Assembly: GCF_009914755.1 (NCBI RefSeq) | Contig: NC_060929.1 | DNA from: the human T2T-CHM13v2.0 reference genome, Homo sapiens | Length of the DNA stretch: 64,000 bases | Strand: one strand, 5' to 3' | Shown: positions 37,801 through 52,800 of the stretch, piece by piece | How positions within the stretch are numbered: position 1 is the first letter of the stretch | Layout: each line of letters opens with the position of its first letter | Made by a program: the position numbers and the translations under genes | The notes under the pieces: model-generated | Databases searched by the model: none | What the model was told of the DNA's origin: nothing | What the model saw: the letters and a program-made list of their open reading frames with translations, nothing else

Positions 37801-40800
37801 AGTCTCTGAGAATGCTTCTGTCTGGTTTTTAGGTGAAGATATTCCTTTTTCCACCAGAGGCAACAAAGCACTCCAAACGAACACATGAAGATTCTACAAA
37901 AAGTGTGTTCCAACACTGCTCTATCAAAAGAAAGGTTCAAGTCTGGGAGTCCAATGTACATATCACAAAGAACTTTCTGAGAATGCTTGGGTCTACTTTT
38001 TATGTGAAGATAGCCGTTTCCAAAGAATTCTTCAAAGAGTTCCAGATATCCACAGGCAGATTCTACAAAAGAAGTGTTTCTATACTGCTCTATCAAAAGA
38101 CGTATTCAACTCAGTTTCTTTAATGCACACATCTCAATGAAGTTCCTGAGAAAGCTTCTGTCTAGTTTTTATGTGAAAATATTTCCTTTTCCATCATGGG
38201 CCTCAAAGCGCTCAAAATGGACACTTGCAGATACTAGAGAAAGACTGTTTCAAAACTGCTCTATCCAAAGAACGGTTCCACTCTGTGAGGTGAATGCACA
38301 CATCACAAAGCAGTTTCTGAGAACTCTTCTGTCTAGTTTGTATGTGAACATATTTCCTTTTCCATCATAGGCCTCAAATCGCTCCAAATATCCACTTGCA
38401 GATACTACAGAAAGACTGTTTCAGAACTGCTTTCTCAAAAGAAAGTTTCAACTCTGTGAGTTGAATGCACACAGCACAAAGCAGTTTCTGAGAATGCTTC
38501 TGTGTAATTTGTATGTGAAGATATCCCGTATACGCCCAATTCCTCAAAGACCTCCAAATATCCACAAGCACATTCTACAAAAGCAGTGTTTCAAATCTGC
38601 TGTATCAAAAGAAAGGTTCAACTTTGTGAATTGGACACAAACATCTCAAAGGAGTTTCTGAGAAGGCTTCTTTCTAGTTTGTATGTGAACACATTTCTTT
38701 TTCCACCACAGGCAACAAAGCTCTCCAAATGAACACTTGCAGATTCCATAAAAAGTGTGTTTCAACACTGATCTATCAAAATAAGGTTTCAAGTCTGTAA
38801 GTTTAATGCACACATCACAAAGCAGTTACTGAGAATGCTTCTGTCTAGTTTGTAGGTGAAGGTATTTCCTTTTCCATCTTAGACCTCAAATCACTAAAAA
38901 TATCCACTTGTATATACTACAAAAAGACTGTTTCAAAACCTCTCTCTCAAAAGGAAGGTTCAACTCTGTGAGTTGAATGCACACATCACAAAGCAGTTTC
39001 TGAGCATGCTTCTGTCTAGTTTGTATGTGAAGATAGTTCCTTTTCCCTCATAGGCCTCAAAGCATTCCAAATATCGACTTGCAGATACTACAAAAAGACT
39101 GTTTCAAAACTGTTCTCTCAGAAGGAAGGTTCAACTCCGTGTGTTGAATGCACACATCACAAAGCAGTTTCTGAGAATGCTTCTGGCTAGTTTGTATGTG
39201 AAGATATCCCTTTGACAGCGAATTCCTCAAAGAGCTCCAAATATCCACAAGCAGATTCTAGAAAAGCAGTGTTTCAAAACTGCTCAATCTAAAGAAAGGT
39301 TCACCTCTGTGCATTGAACACACATATCACAAAGGAGTTTCGGAGAACGCTTCTTCCTAGTGTTTATGTGAAGATATTTCTTTTTCCACCATAGGCATCA
39401 AAGCGCTCCAAATGAACTCTTGCAGATTCTACAAATGTGTGTTTCAACACTGCTCCGTCTAAAGAAATGTTCAAGTCTCTGAGTTGAATGCACCCATCAC
39501 AAAGCAGTTTCTGAGAATGCTTCTATCTAGTTTGTATGTGCAGATATTCCCGTTTCCATCTTAAGCCTCACATCGCTCCATATATCCACTTGAGGATACT
39601 ACAAAAAACTGTTTCAAAACTGCTCTCTCAAAAGGAAGGTTCAACTCTGTGAGCTGAATGCACACATCACAAAGCAGTTAATGAGATTGCTTCTGTCTAG
39701 TTTGTATGTGAGGATATTTCCTTTTCAATCTTAGACTTCCCATCGCTCCAAGTATCCACTTGCAGATATTTCAAAGAGACTGTTTAAAAACTGCTCTCTC
39801 AGAAGGAAGGTTCAACTCTGTGAGTTGAATGCACACACCACAAAGCAGTTTCTGAGAATGCTTGTGTCTAGTTTGTATGTGAAGATATCCCGTTTACAAC
39901 GAATTCCTCAAAGAGCTCCAAATATCCACAAGCAGATTCTACAGAAGCAGTGTATCAAAACTGCTCTATCAAAAGAAAGGTTCAACTCTCTGAATAGAAC
40001 AAACACATCACAAAGGAGTTTCTGAGAATGCTTCTGTCTAGTATTTATGTGAAGATATTTCTTTTTCCACCATAGGCAAAAAAACGCTCCAAGCGAACAC
40101 TTGCACATCCTACAAAATGTGTGTTTCAACACTGCTCTTTCAAGAGAAAGGTTCAAGTCTGTGAGTTGAATGCACACATCACTAAGCAGTTTCTGAGAAT
40201 GCTTCTGTCTAGTTTGTATGTGAAGATATCCCGTTTACAACGAAATCCTCAAAGAGCTCCAAATATCCACAAGCAGATCCTATAAAAGCGGTGTTTCAAA
40301 ACTGCTCTATCAAAAGAAAATTTCAATTCTGTGAATTTGACACACACTTCACAAAGGAGTTTCTGAGAATGTTTCTGTCTAGTTTTCATTTGAAGATATT
40401 TCTTTTTCCACCGTAGGCAACAAAGCGCACTAAATGAACACTTGCAGATTCTACAAAAAGCGTGTTCCAACCCTGATCTCTCAAAAGAAAGTTTGAAGTC
40501 TGTGAGTTTAAGGCACACATCTCAAAGAACTTTGTGAGAATGCTTGGTTCTCCTTTTTTTGGGAAGATACCAGCTGCCAACGAATTCCTGAAAGAGTTCC
40601 TAATATCCACAAGCAGATTCTACAAAAGGAGTGTTGCAATTCTGCTCTATCAAAAGGCAGATTCAACTCAGTTACTTGAATGCACACATCTCAATGAAGT
40701 TCCTGAGCATGCCTCTGTCTAGTTTTCTGTGAAGATATTTCCTTTTCCGCCAAAGGCTTAAAAGCTCTCCAAAATGAACACTCGCAGATCCTACAAAAAG

Positions 40801-43800
40801 ACTGTTTCAGAACTGCTCTATCAAAAGGACGGTTCCACTCTGTGAGGTGAATGCACACATCACAAAGCAGATTCTGAGAAAGCTTCTGTCAAGTTTGGCT
40901 GTGAAGATATTTCCTTTTCCATCTTAGTCCTCCCATTGCTCCAAATATCCACTTGTAGAGAGTACAAAAAGATTGTTTCAAAACTGTTCTCTCAAAAGGA
41001 AGGTTCAACTCTGTGAGTAGAATGCACACATCACAAACCAGTTTCTGAGGATGCTTCTGACTAGTTTGAATGTGAAGATATCTCCTATAAAACGAATTCC
41101 TCCAACAGCTCCAAATATCCACAAGAAGATTCTACAAAAGCAGTGTTTCAAAACTGCTTTATCTAAAGAAAGGTTCAACCCTGTGAATTGAACAACTACA
41201 TCACAAAGTATTTTCTGAGAATGTTTCTGTCTAGTTTTTAGGTGAAGATATTTCTTTTTCCACCATGGGGAAGAAAGCACTCCAAATGAACACTTGCAGA
41301 TTCTACAAAAAGTGTGTTTCAACACTGCTCTATCAAAAGAAAGTTTCAAGTCTGTGAGTTGAATCCCCACATCACAAAGCAGTTTCTGAGAATGCTTCTG
41401 CCTAGTTTTTAGGTGAAGGTATATCCTTTTCCATCTTAGGCCTCAAATCTCTCCAAACATCCACTTGCAGATACTTCAAAAAGACTGTTTCAAAACTGCT
41501 CTCAAAAGGAAGGTTCAACTCTGTGAGTTGAATGCACACATCACAACGCAGTGTCTGAGAACGCTTCTGTCTAGTTTGCATGTGAAGATATTTCCTTTTC
41601 CATCTTAGGCCTCAAATCGATCCAAATATCCAATTGCAGACACCACAAAAAGACTGCTTCAAAACAGCTCTCGCAAAAGGAAGGTTCAACTCTGTGAGTT
41701 GAATGCACACATCACAGAGCAGTTTCTGAGAATGCTTCTGTCTAGTTTGTATGTGAAGATATCCCGTTTACAACAAATTCCTCAAAGAGGCCCCAATAGC
41801 AACAAGCAGATTCTACAAAAGCAGTGTTTCAAAACTGCTCTATCAAAAGGAACTTCCAACTCTGCGAATTGAACACACACATCACAAAGCAGTCTCTGAG
41901 AATGCTTCTGTCTGGTTTTTAGGTGAAGATATTCCTTTTTCCACCAGAGGCAACAAAGCACTCCAAACGAACACATGAAGATTCTACAAAAAGTGTGTTC
42001 CAACACTGCTCTATCAAAAGAAAGGTTCAATTCTGGGAGTCCAATGTACATATCACAAAGAACTTTCTGAGAATGCTTGGGTCTACTTTTTATGTGAAGA
42101 TAGCCGTTTCCAAAGAATTCTTCAAAGAGTTCCAGATATCCACAGGCAGATTCTACAAAAGAAGTGTTTCTATACTGCTCTATCAAAAGACGTATTCAAC
42201 TCAGTTTCTTTAATGCACACATCTCAATGAAGTTCCTGAGAAAGCTTCTGTCTAGTTTTTATGTGAAAATATTTCCTTTTCCATCATGGGCCTCAAAGCG
42301 CTCAAAATGGACACTTGCAGATACTAGAGAAAGACTGTTTCAAAACTGCTCTATCCAAAGAACGGTTCCACTCTGTGAGGTGAATGCACACATCACAAAG
42401 CAGTTTCTGAGAACTCTTCTGTCTAGTTTGTATGTGAACATATTTCCTTTTCCATCATAGGCCTCAAATCGCTCCAAATATCCACTTGCAGATACTACAG
42501 AAAGACTGTTTCAGAACTGCTTTCTCAAAAGAAAGTTTCAACTCTGTGAGTTGAATGCACACAGCACAAAGCAGTTTCTGAGAATGCTTCTGTGTAATTT
42601 GTATGTGAAGATATCCCGTATACGCCCAATTCCTCAAAGACCTCCAAATATCCACAAGCACATTCTACAAAAGCAGTGTTTCAAATCTGCTGTATCAAAA
42701 GAAAGGTTCAACTTTGTGAATTGGACACAAACATCTCAAAGGAGTTTCTGAGAAGGCTTCTTTCTAGTTTGTATGTGAACACATTTCTTTTTCCACCACA
42801 GGCAACAAAGCTCTCCAAATGAACACTTGCAGATTCCATAAAAAGTGTGTTTCAACACTGATCTATCAAAATAAGGTTTCAAGTCTGTAAGTTTAATGCA
42901 CACATCACAAAGCAGTTACTGAGAATGCTTCTGTCTAGTTTGTAGGTGAAGGTATTTCCTTTTCCATCTTAGACCTCAAATCACTAAAAATATCCACTTG
43001 TATATACTACAAAAAGAAGGTTTCAAAACCTCTCTCTCAAAAGGAAGGTTCAACTCTGTGAGTTGAATGCACACATCACAAAGCAGTTTCTGAGCATGCT
43101 TCTGTCTAGTTTGTATGTGAAGATAGTTCCTTTTCCCTCATAGGCCTCAAAGCATTCCAAATATCGACTTGCAGATACTACAAAAAGACTGTTTCAAAAC
43201 TGTTCTCTCAGAAGGAAGGTTCAACTCCGTGTGTTGAATGCACACATCACAAAGCAGTTTCTGAGAATGCTTCTGGCTAGTTTGTATGTGAAGATATCCC
43301 TTTGACAGCGAATTCCTCAAAGAGCTCCAAATATCCACAAGCAGATTCTAGAAAAGCAGTGTTTCAAAACTGCTCAATCTAAAGAAAGGTTCACCTCTGT
43401 GCATTGAACACACATATCACAAAGGAGTTTCGGAGAACGCTTCTTCCTAGTGTTTATGTGAAGATATTTCTTTTTCCACCATAGGCATCAAAGCGCTCCA
43501 AATGAACTCTTGCAGATTCTACAAATGTGTGTTTCAACACTGCTCCGTCTAAAGAAATGTTCAAGTCTCTGAGTTGAATGCACCCATCACAAAGCAGTTT
43601 CTGAGAATGCTTCTATCTAGTTTGTATGTGCAGATATTCCCGTTTCCATCTTAAGCCTCACATCGCTCCATATATCCACTTGAGGATACTACAAAAAACT
43701 GTTTCAAAACTGCTCTCTCAAAAGGAAGGTTCAACTCTGTGAGCTGAATGCACACATCACAAAGCAGTTAATGAGATTGCTTCTGTCTAGTTTGTATGTG

Positions 43801-46800
43801 AGGATATTTCCTTTTCAATCTTAGACTTCCCATCGCTCCAAGTATCCACTTGCAGATATTTCAAAGAGACTGTTTAAAAACTGCTCTCTCAGAAGGAAGG
43901 TTCAACTCTGTGAGTTGAATGCACACACCACAAAGCAGTTTCTGAGAATGCTTGTGTCTAGTTTGTATGTGAAGATATCCCGTTTACAACGAATTCCTCA
44001 AAGAGCTCCAAATATCCACAAGCAGATTCTACAGAAGCAGTGTATCAAAACTGCTCTATCAAAAGAAAGGTTCAACTCTCTGAATAGAACAAACACATCA
44101 CAAAGGAGTTTCTGAGAATGCTTCTGTCTAGTATTTATGTGAAGATATTTCTTTTTCCACCATAGGGAAAAAAACGCTCCAAGCGAACACTTGCACATCC
44201 TACAAAATGTGTGTTTCAACACTGCTCTTTCAAGAGAAAGGTTCAAGTCTGTGAGTTGAATGCACACATCACTAAGCAGTTTCTGAGAATGCTTCTGTCT
44301 AGTTTGTATGTGAAGATATCCCGTTTACAACGAAATCCTCAAAGAGCTCCAAATATCCACAAGCAGATCCTATAAAAGCGGTGTTTCAAAACTGCTCTAT
44401 CAAAAGAAAATTTCAATTCTGTGAATTTGACACACACTTCACAAAGGAGTTTCTGAGAATGTTTCTGTCTAGTTTTCATTTGAAGATATTTCTTTTTCCA
44501 CCGTAGGCAACAAAGCGCACTAAATGAACACTTGCAGATTCTACAAAAAGCGTGTTCCAACCCTGATCTCTCAAAAGAAAGTTTGAAGTCTGTGAGTTTA
44601 AGGCACACATCTCAAAGAACTTTGTGAGAATGCTTGGTTCTCCTTTTTTTGGGAAGATACCAGCTGCCAACGAATTCCTGAAAGAGTTCCAAATATCCAC
44701 AAGCAGATTCTACAAAAGGAGTGTTGCAATTCTGCTCTATCAAAAGGCAGATTCAACTCAGTTACTTGAATGCACACATCTCAATGAAGTTCCTGAGCAT
44801 GCCTCTGTCTAGTTTTCTGTGAAGATATTTCCTTTTCCGCCAAAGGCTTAAAAGCTCTCCAAAATGAACACTCGCAGATCCTACAAAAAGACTGTTTCAG
44901 AACTGCTCTATCAAAAGGACGGTTCCACTCTGTGAGGTGAATGCACACATCACAAAGCAGATTCTGAGAAAGCTTCTGTCAAGTTTGGCTGTGAAGATAT
45001 TTCCTTTTCCATCTTAGTCCTCCCATTGCTCCAAATATCCACTTGTAGAGAGTACAAAAAGATTGTTTCAAAACTGTTCTCTCAAAAGGAAGGTTCAACT
45101 CTGTGAGTAGAATGCACACATCACAAACCAGTTTCTGAGGATGCTTCTGACTAGTTTGAATGTGAAGATATCCCCTATAAAACGAATTCCTCCAACAGCT
45201 CCAAATATCCACAAGAAGATTCTACAAAAGCAGTGTTTCAAAACTGCTTTATCTAAAGAAAGGTTCAACCCTGTGAATTGAACAACTACATCACAAAGTA
45301 TTTTCTGAGAATGTTTCTGTCTAGTTTTTAGGTGAAGATATTTCTTTTTCCACCATGGGGAAGAAAGCACTCCAAATGAACACTTGCAGATTCTACAAAA
45401 AGTGTGTTTCAACACTGCTCTATCAAAAGAAAGTTTCAAGTCTGTGAGTTGAATCCCCACATCACAAAGCAGTTTCTGAGAATGCTTCTGCCTAGTTTTT
45501 AGGTGAAGGTATATCCTTTTCCATCTTAGGCCTCAAATCTCTCCAAACATCCACTTGCAGATACTTCAAAAAGACTGTTTCAAAACTGCTCTCAAAAGGA
45601 AGGTTCAACTCTGTGAGTTGAATGCACACATCACAACGCAGTGTCTGAGAACGCTTCTGTCTAGTTTGCATGTGAAGATATTTCCTTTTCCATCTTAGGC
45701 CTCAAATCGATCCAAATATCCAATTGCAGACACCACAAAAAGACTGCTTCAAAACAGCTCTCGCAAAAGGAAGGTTCAACTCTGTGAGTTGAATGCACAC
45801 ATCACAGAGCAGTTTCTGAGAATGCTTCTGTCTAGTTTGTATGTGAACATATCCCGTTTACAACAAATTCCTCAAAGAGGCCCCAATAGCAACAAGCAGA
45901 TTCTACAAAAGCAGTGTTTCAAAACTGCTCTATCAAAAGGAACTTCCAACTCTGCGAATTGAACACACACATCACAAAGCAGTCTCTGAGAATGCTTCTG
46001 TCTGGTTTTTAGGTGAAGATATTCCTTTTTCCACCAGAGGCAACAAAGCACTCCAAACGAACACATGAAGATTCTACAAAAAGTGTGTTCCAACACTGCT
46101 CTATCAAAAGAAAGGTTCAAGTCTGGGAGTCCAATGTACATATCGCAAAGAACTTTCTGAGAATGCTTGGGTCTACTTTTTATGTGAAGATAGCCGTTTC
46201 CAAAGAATTCTTCAAAGAGTTCCAGATATCCACAGGCAGATTCTACAAAAGAAGTGTTTCAATACTGCTCTATCAAAAGACGTATTCAACTCAGTTACTT
46301 TAATGCACACATCTCAATGAAGTTCCTGAGAAAGCTTCTGTCTAGTTTTTATGTGAAAATATTTCCTTTTCCATCATGGGCCTCAAAGCGCTCAAAATGG
46401 ACACTTGCAGATACTAGAGAAAGACTGTTTCAAAACTGCTCTATCCAAAGAACGGTTCCACTCTGTGAGGTGAATGCACACATCACAAAGCAGTTTCTGA
46501 GAACTCTTCTGTCTAGTTTGTATGTGAACATATTTCCTTTTCCATCATAGGCCTCAAATCGCTCCAAATATCCACTTGCAGATACTACAAAAAGACTGTT
46601 TCAGAACTGCTTTCTCAAAAGAAAGTTTCAACTCTGTGAGTTGAATGCACACAGCACAAAGCAGTTTCTGAGAATGCTTCTGTGTAATTTGTATGTGAAG
46701 ATATCCCGTATACGCCCAATTCCTCAAAGACCTCCAAATATCCACAAGCACATTCTACAAAAGCAGTGTTTCAAATCTGCTGTATCAAAAGAAAGGTTCA

Positions 46801-49800
46801 ACTTTGTGAATTGGACACAAACATCTCAAAGGAGTTTCTGAGAAGGCTTCTTTCTAGTTTGTATGTGAACACATTTCTTTTTCCACCACAGGCAACGAAG
46901 CTCTCCAAATGAACACTTGCAGATTCTATAAAAAGTGTGTTTCAACACTGCTCTATCAAAATAAGGTTTCAAGTCTGTACGTTTAATGCACACATCAAAA
47001 GCAGTTTCTGAGAATGCTTCTGTCTAGTTTGTAGGTGAAGGTATTCCCTTTTCCATCTTAGACCTCAAATCACTAAAAATATCCACTTGTATATACTACA
47101 AAAAGAAGGTTTCAAAACCTCTCTCTCAAAAGGAAGGTTCAACTCTGTGAGTTGAATGCACACATCACAAAGCAGTTTCTGAGCATGCTTCTGTCTAGTT
47201 TGTATGTGAAGATAGTTCCTTTTCCCTCATAGGCCTCAAAGCGTTCCAAATATCGACTTGCAGATACTACAAAAAGACTGTTTGAAAACTGTTCTCTCAG
47301 AAGGAAGGTTCAACTCCGTGTGTTGAATGCACACATCACAAAGCAGTTTCTGAGAATGCTTCTGGCTACTTTGTATGTGAAGATATCCCTTTGACAGCGA
47401 ATTCCTCAAAGAGCTCCAAATATCCACAAGCAGATTCTAGAAAAGCAGTGTTTCAAAACTGCTCAATCTAAAGAAAGGTTCACCTCTGTGCATTGAACAC
47501 ACATATCACAAAGGAGTTTCGGAGAACGCTTCTTCCTAGTGTTTATGTGAAGATATTTCTTTTTCCACCATAGGCATCAAAGCGCTCCAAATGAACTCTT
47601 GCAGATTCTACAAATGTGTGTTTCAACACTGCTCCGTCTAAAGAAATGTTCAAGTCTCTGAGTTGAATGCACCCATCACAAAGCAGTTTCTGAGAATGCT
47701 TCTATCTAGTTTGTATGTGCAGATATTCCCGTTTCCATCTTAAGCCTCACATCGCTCCATATATCCACTTGAGGATACTACAAAAAACTGTTTCAAAACT
47801 GCTCTCTCAAAAGGAAGGTTCAACTCTGTGAGCTGAATGCACACATCACAAAGCAGTTAATGAGATTGCTTCTGTCTAGTTTGCATGTGAGGATATTTCC
47901 TTTTCAATCTTAGACTTCCCATCGCTCCAAGTATCCACTTGCAGATATTTCAAAGAGACTGTTTAAAAACTGCTCTCTCAGAAGGAAGGTCCAACTCTGT
48001 GAGTTGAATGCACACACCACAAAGCAGTTTCTGAGAATGCTTGTGTCTAGTTTGTATGTGAAGATATCCCGTTTACAACGAATTCCTCAAAGAGCTCCAA
48101 ATATCCACAAGCAGATTCTACAGAAGCAGTGTATCAAAACTGCTCTATCAAAAGAAAGGTTTAACTCTCTGAATAGAACAAACACATCACAAAGGAGTTT
48201 CTGAGAATGCTTCTGTCTAGTATTTATGTGAAGATATTTCTTTTTCCACCATAGGCAAAAAAACGCTCCAAGCGAACACTTGCACATCCTACAAAATGTG
48301 TGTTTCAACACTGCTCTTTCAAGAGAAAGGTTCAAGTCTGTGAGTTGAATGCACACATCACTAAGCAGTTTCTGAGAATGCTTCTGTCTAGTTTGTATGT
48401 GAAGATATCCCGTTTACAACGAAATCCTCAAAGAGCTCCAAATATCCACAAGCAGATCCTATAAAAGCGGTGTTTCAAAACTGCTCTATCAAAAGAAAAT
48501 TTCAATTCTGTGAATTTGACACACACTTCACAAAGGAGTTTCTGAGAATGTTTCTGTCTAGTTTTCATTTGAAGATATTTCTTTTTCCACCGTAGGCAAC
48601 AAAGCGCACTAAATGAACACTTGCAGATTCTACAAAAAGCGTGTTCCAACCCTGATCTCTCAAAAGAAAGTTTGAAGTCTGTGAGTTTAAGGCACACATC
48701 TCAAAGAACTTTGTGAGAATGCTTGGTTCTCCTTTTTTTGGGAAGATACCAGCTGCCAACGAATTCCTGAAAGAGTTCCAAATATCCACAAGCAGATTCT
48801 ACAAAAGGAGTGTTGCAATTCTGCTCTATCAAAAGGCAGATTCAACTCAGTTACTTGAATGCACACATCTCAATGAAGTTCCTGAGCATGCCTCTGTCTA
48901 GTTTTCTGTGAAGATATTTCCTTTTCCGCCAAAGGCTTAAAAGCTCTCCAAAATGAACACTCGCAGATCCTACAAAAAGACTGTTTCAGAACTGCTCTAT
49001 CAAAAGGACGGTTCCACTCTGTGAGGTGAATGCACACATCACAAAGCAGATTCTGAGAAAGCTTCTGTCAAGTTTGGCTGTGAAGATATTTCCTTTTCCA
49101 TCTTAGTCCTCCCATTGCTCCAAATATCCACTTGTAGAGAGTACAAAAAGATTGTTTCAAAACTGTTCTCTCAAAAGGAAGGTTCAACTCTGTGAGTAGA
49201 ATGCACACATCACAAACCAGTTTCTGAGGATGCTTCTGACTAGTTTGAATGTGAAGATATCCCGTTTAAAACGAATTCCTCCAACAGCTCCAAATATCCA
49301 CAAGAAGATTCTACAAAAGCAGTGTTTCAAAACTGCTTTATCTAAAGAAAGGTTCAACCCTGTGAATTGAACAACTACATCACAAAGTATTTTCTGAGAA
49401 TGTTTCTGTCTAGTTTTTAGGTGAAGATATTTCTTTTTCCACCATGGGGAAGAAAGCACTCCAAATGAACACTTGCAGATTCTACAAAAAGTGTGTTTCA
49501 ACACTGCTCTATCAAAAGAAAGTTTCAAGTCTGTGGGTTGAATCCCCACATCACAAAGCAGTTTCTGAGAATGCTTCTGCCTAGTTTTTAGGTGAAGGTA
49601 TATCCTTTTCCATCTTAGGCCTCAAATCTCTCCAAACATCCACTTGCAGATACTTCAAAAAGACTGTTTCAAAACTGCTCTCAAAAGGAAGGTTCAACTC
49701 TGTGAGTTGAATGCACACATCACAACGCAGTGTCTGAGAACGCTTCTGTCTAGTTTGCATGTGAAGATATTTCCTTTTCCATCTTAGGCCTCAAATCGAT

Positions 49801-52800
49801 CCAAATATCCAATTGCAGACACCACAAAAAGACTGCTTCAAAACAGCTCTCGCAAAAGGAAGGTTCAACTCTGTGAGTTGAATGCACACATCACAGAGCA
49901 GTTTCTGAGAATGCTTCTGTCTAGTTTGTATGTGAAGGTATCCCGTTTACAACAAATTCCTCAAAGAGCCCCCAATAGCAACAAGCAGATTCTACAAAAG
50001 CAGTGTTTCAAAACTGCTCTATCAAAAGGAACTTCCAACTCTGCGAATTGAACACACACATCACAAAGCAGTCTCTGAGAATGCTTCTGTCTGGTTTTTA
50101 GGTGAAGATATTCCTTTTTCCACCAGAGGCAACAAAGCACTCCAAACGAACACATGAAGATTCTACAAAAAGTGTGTTCCAACACTGCTCTATCAAAAGA
50201 AAGGTTCAAGTCTGGGAGTCCAATGTACATATCACAAAGAACTTTCTGAGAATGCTTGGGTCTACTTTTTATGTGAAGATAGCCGTTTCCAAAGAATTCT
50301 TCAAAGAGTTCCAGATATCCACAGGCAGATTCTACAAAAGAAGTGTTTCTATACTGCTCTATCAAAAGACGTATTCAACTCAGTTTCTTTAATGCACACA
50401 TCTCAATGAAGTTCCTGAGAAAGCTTCTGTCTAGTTTTTATGTGAAAATATTTCCTTTTCCATCATGGGCCTCAAAGCGCTCAAAATGGACACTTGCAGA
50501 TACTAGAGAAAGACTGTTTCAAAACTGCTCTATCCAAAGAACGGTTCCACTCTGTGAGGTGAATGCACACATCACAAAGCAGTTTCTGAGAACTCTTCTG
50601 TCTAGTTTGTATGTGAACATATTTCCTTTTCCATCATAGGCCTCAAATCGCTCCAAATATCCACTTGCAGATACTACAGAAAGACTGTTTCAGAACTGCT
50701 TTCTCAAAAGAAAGTTTCAACTCTGTGAGTTGAATGCACACAGCACAAAGCAGTTTCTGAGAATGCTTCTGTGTAATTTGTATGTGAAGATATCCCGTAT
50801 ACGCCCAATTCCTCAAAGACCTCCAAATATCCACAAGCACATTCTACAAAAGCAGTGTTTCAAATCTGCTGTATCAAAAGAAAGGTTCAACTTTGTGAAT
50901 TGGACACAAACATCTCAAAGGAGTTTCTGAGAAGGCTTCTTTCTAGTTTGTATGTGAACACATTTCTTTTTCCACCACAGGCAACAAAGCTCTCCAAATG
51001 AACACTTGCAGATTCCATAAAAAGTGTGTTTCAACACTGATCTATCAAAATAAGGTTTCAAGTCTGTAAGTTTAATGCACACATCACAAAGCAGTTACTG
51101 AGAATGCTTCTGTCTAGTTTGTAGGTGAAGGTATTTCCTTTTCCATCTTAGACCTCAAATCACTAAAAATATCCACTTGTATATACTACAAAAAGACTGT
51201 TTCAAAACCTCTCTCTCAAAAGGAAGGTTCAACTCTGTGAGTTGAATGCACACATCACAAAGCAGTTTCTGAGCATGCTTCTGTCTAGTTTGTATGTGAA
51301 GATAGTTCCTTTTCCCTCATAGGCCTCAAAGCATTCCAAATATCGACTTGCAGATACTACAAAAAGACTGTTTCAAAACTGTTCTCTCAGAAGGAAGGTT
51401 CAACTCCGTGTGTTGAATGCACACATCACAAAGCAGTTTCTGAGAATGCTTCTGGCTAGTTTGTATGTGAAGATATCCCTTTGACAGCGAATTCCTCAAA
51501 GAGCTCCAAATATCCACAAGCAGATTCTAGAAAAGCAGTGTTTCAAAACTGCTCAATCTAAAGAAAGGTTCACCTCTGTGCATTGAACACACATATCACA
51601 AAGGAGTTTCGGAGAACGCTTCTTCCTAGTGTTTATGTGAAGATATTTCTTTTTCCACCATAGGCATCAAAGCGCTCCAAATGAACTCTTGCAGATTCTA
51701 CAAATGTGTGTTTCAACACTGCTCCGTCTAAAGAAATGTTCAAGTCTCTGAGTTGAATGCACCCATCACAAAGCAGTTTCTGAGAATGCTTCTATCTAGT
51801 TTGTATGTGCAGATATTCCCGTTTCCATCTTAAGCCTCACATCGCTCCATATATCCACTTGAGGATACTACAAAAAACTGTTTCAAAACTGCTCTCTCAA
51901 AAGGAAGGTTCAACTCTGTGAGCTGAATGCACACATCACAAAGCAGTTAATGAGATTGCTTCTGTCTAGTTTGTATGTGAGGATATTTCCTTTTCAATCT
52001 TAGACTTCCCATCGCTCCAAGTATCCACTTGCAGATATTTCAAAGAGACTGTTTAAAAACTGCTCTCTCAGAAGGAAGGTTCAACTCTGTGAGTTGAATG
52101 CACACACCACAAAGCAGTTTCTGAGAATGCTTGTGTCTAGTTTGTATGTGAAGATATCCCGTTTACAACGAATTCCTCAAAGAGCTCCAAATATCCACAA
52201 GCAGATTCTACAGAAGCAGTGTATCAAAACTGCTCTATCAAAAGAAAGGTTCAACTCTCTGAATAGAACAAACACATCACAAAGGAGTTTCTGAGAATGC
52301 TTCTGTCTAGTATTTATGTGAAGATATTTCTTTTTCCACCATAGGGAAAAAAACGCTCCAAGCGAACACTTGCACATCCTACAAAATGTGTGTTTCAACA
52401 CTGCTCTTTCAAGAGAAAGGTTCAAGTCTGTGAGTTGAATGCACACATCACTAAGCAGTTTCTGAGAATGCTTCTGTCTAGTTTGTATGTGAAGATATCC
52501 CGTTTACAACGAAATCCTCAAAGAGCTCCAAATATCCACAAGCAGATCCTATAAAAGCGGTGTTTCAAAACTGCTCTATCAAAAGAAAATTTCAATTCTG
52601 TGAATTTGACACACACTTCACAAAGGAGTTTCTGAGAATGTTTCTGTCTAGTTTTCATTTGAAGATATTTCTTTTTCCACCGTAGGCAACAAAGCGCACT
52701 AAATGAACACTTGCAGATTCTACAAAAAGCGTGTTCCAACCCTGATCTCTCAAAAGAAAGTTTGAAGTCTGTGAGTTTAAGGCACACATCTCAAAGAACT

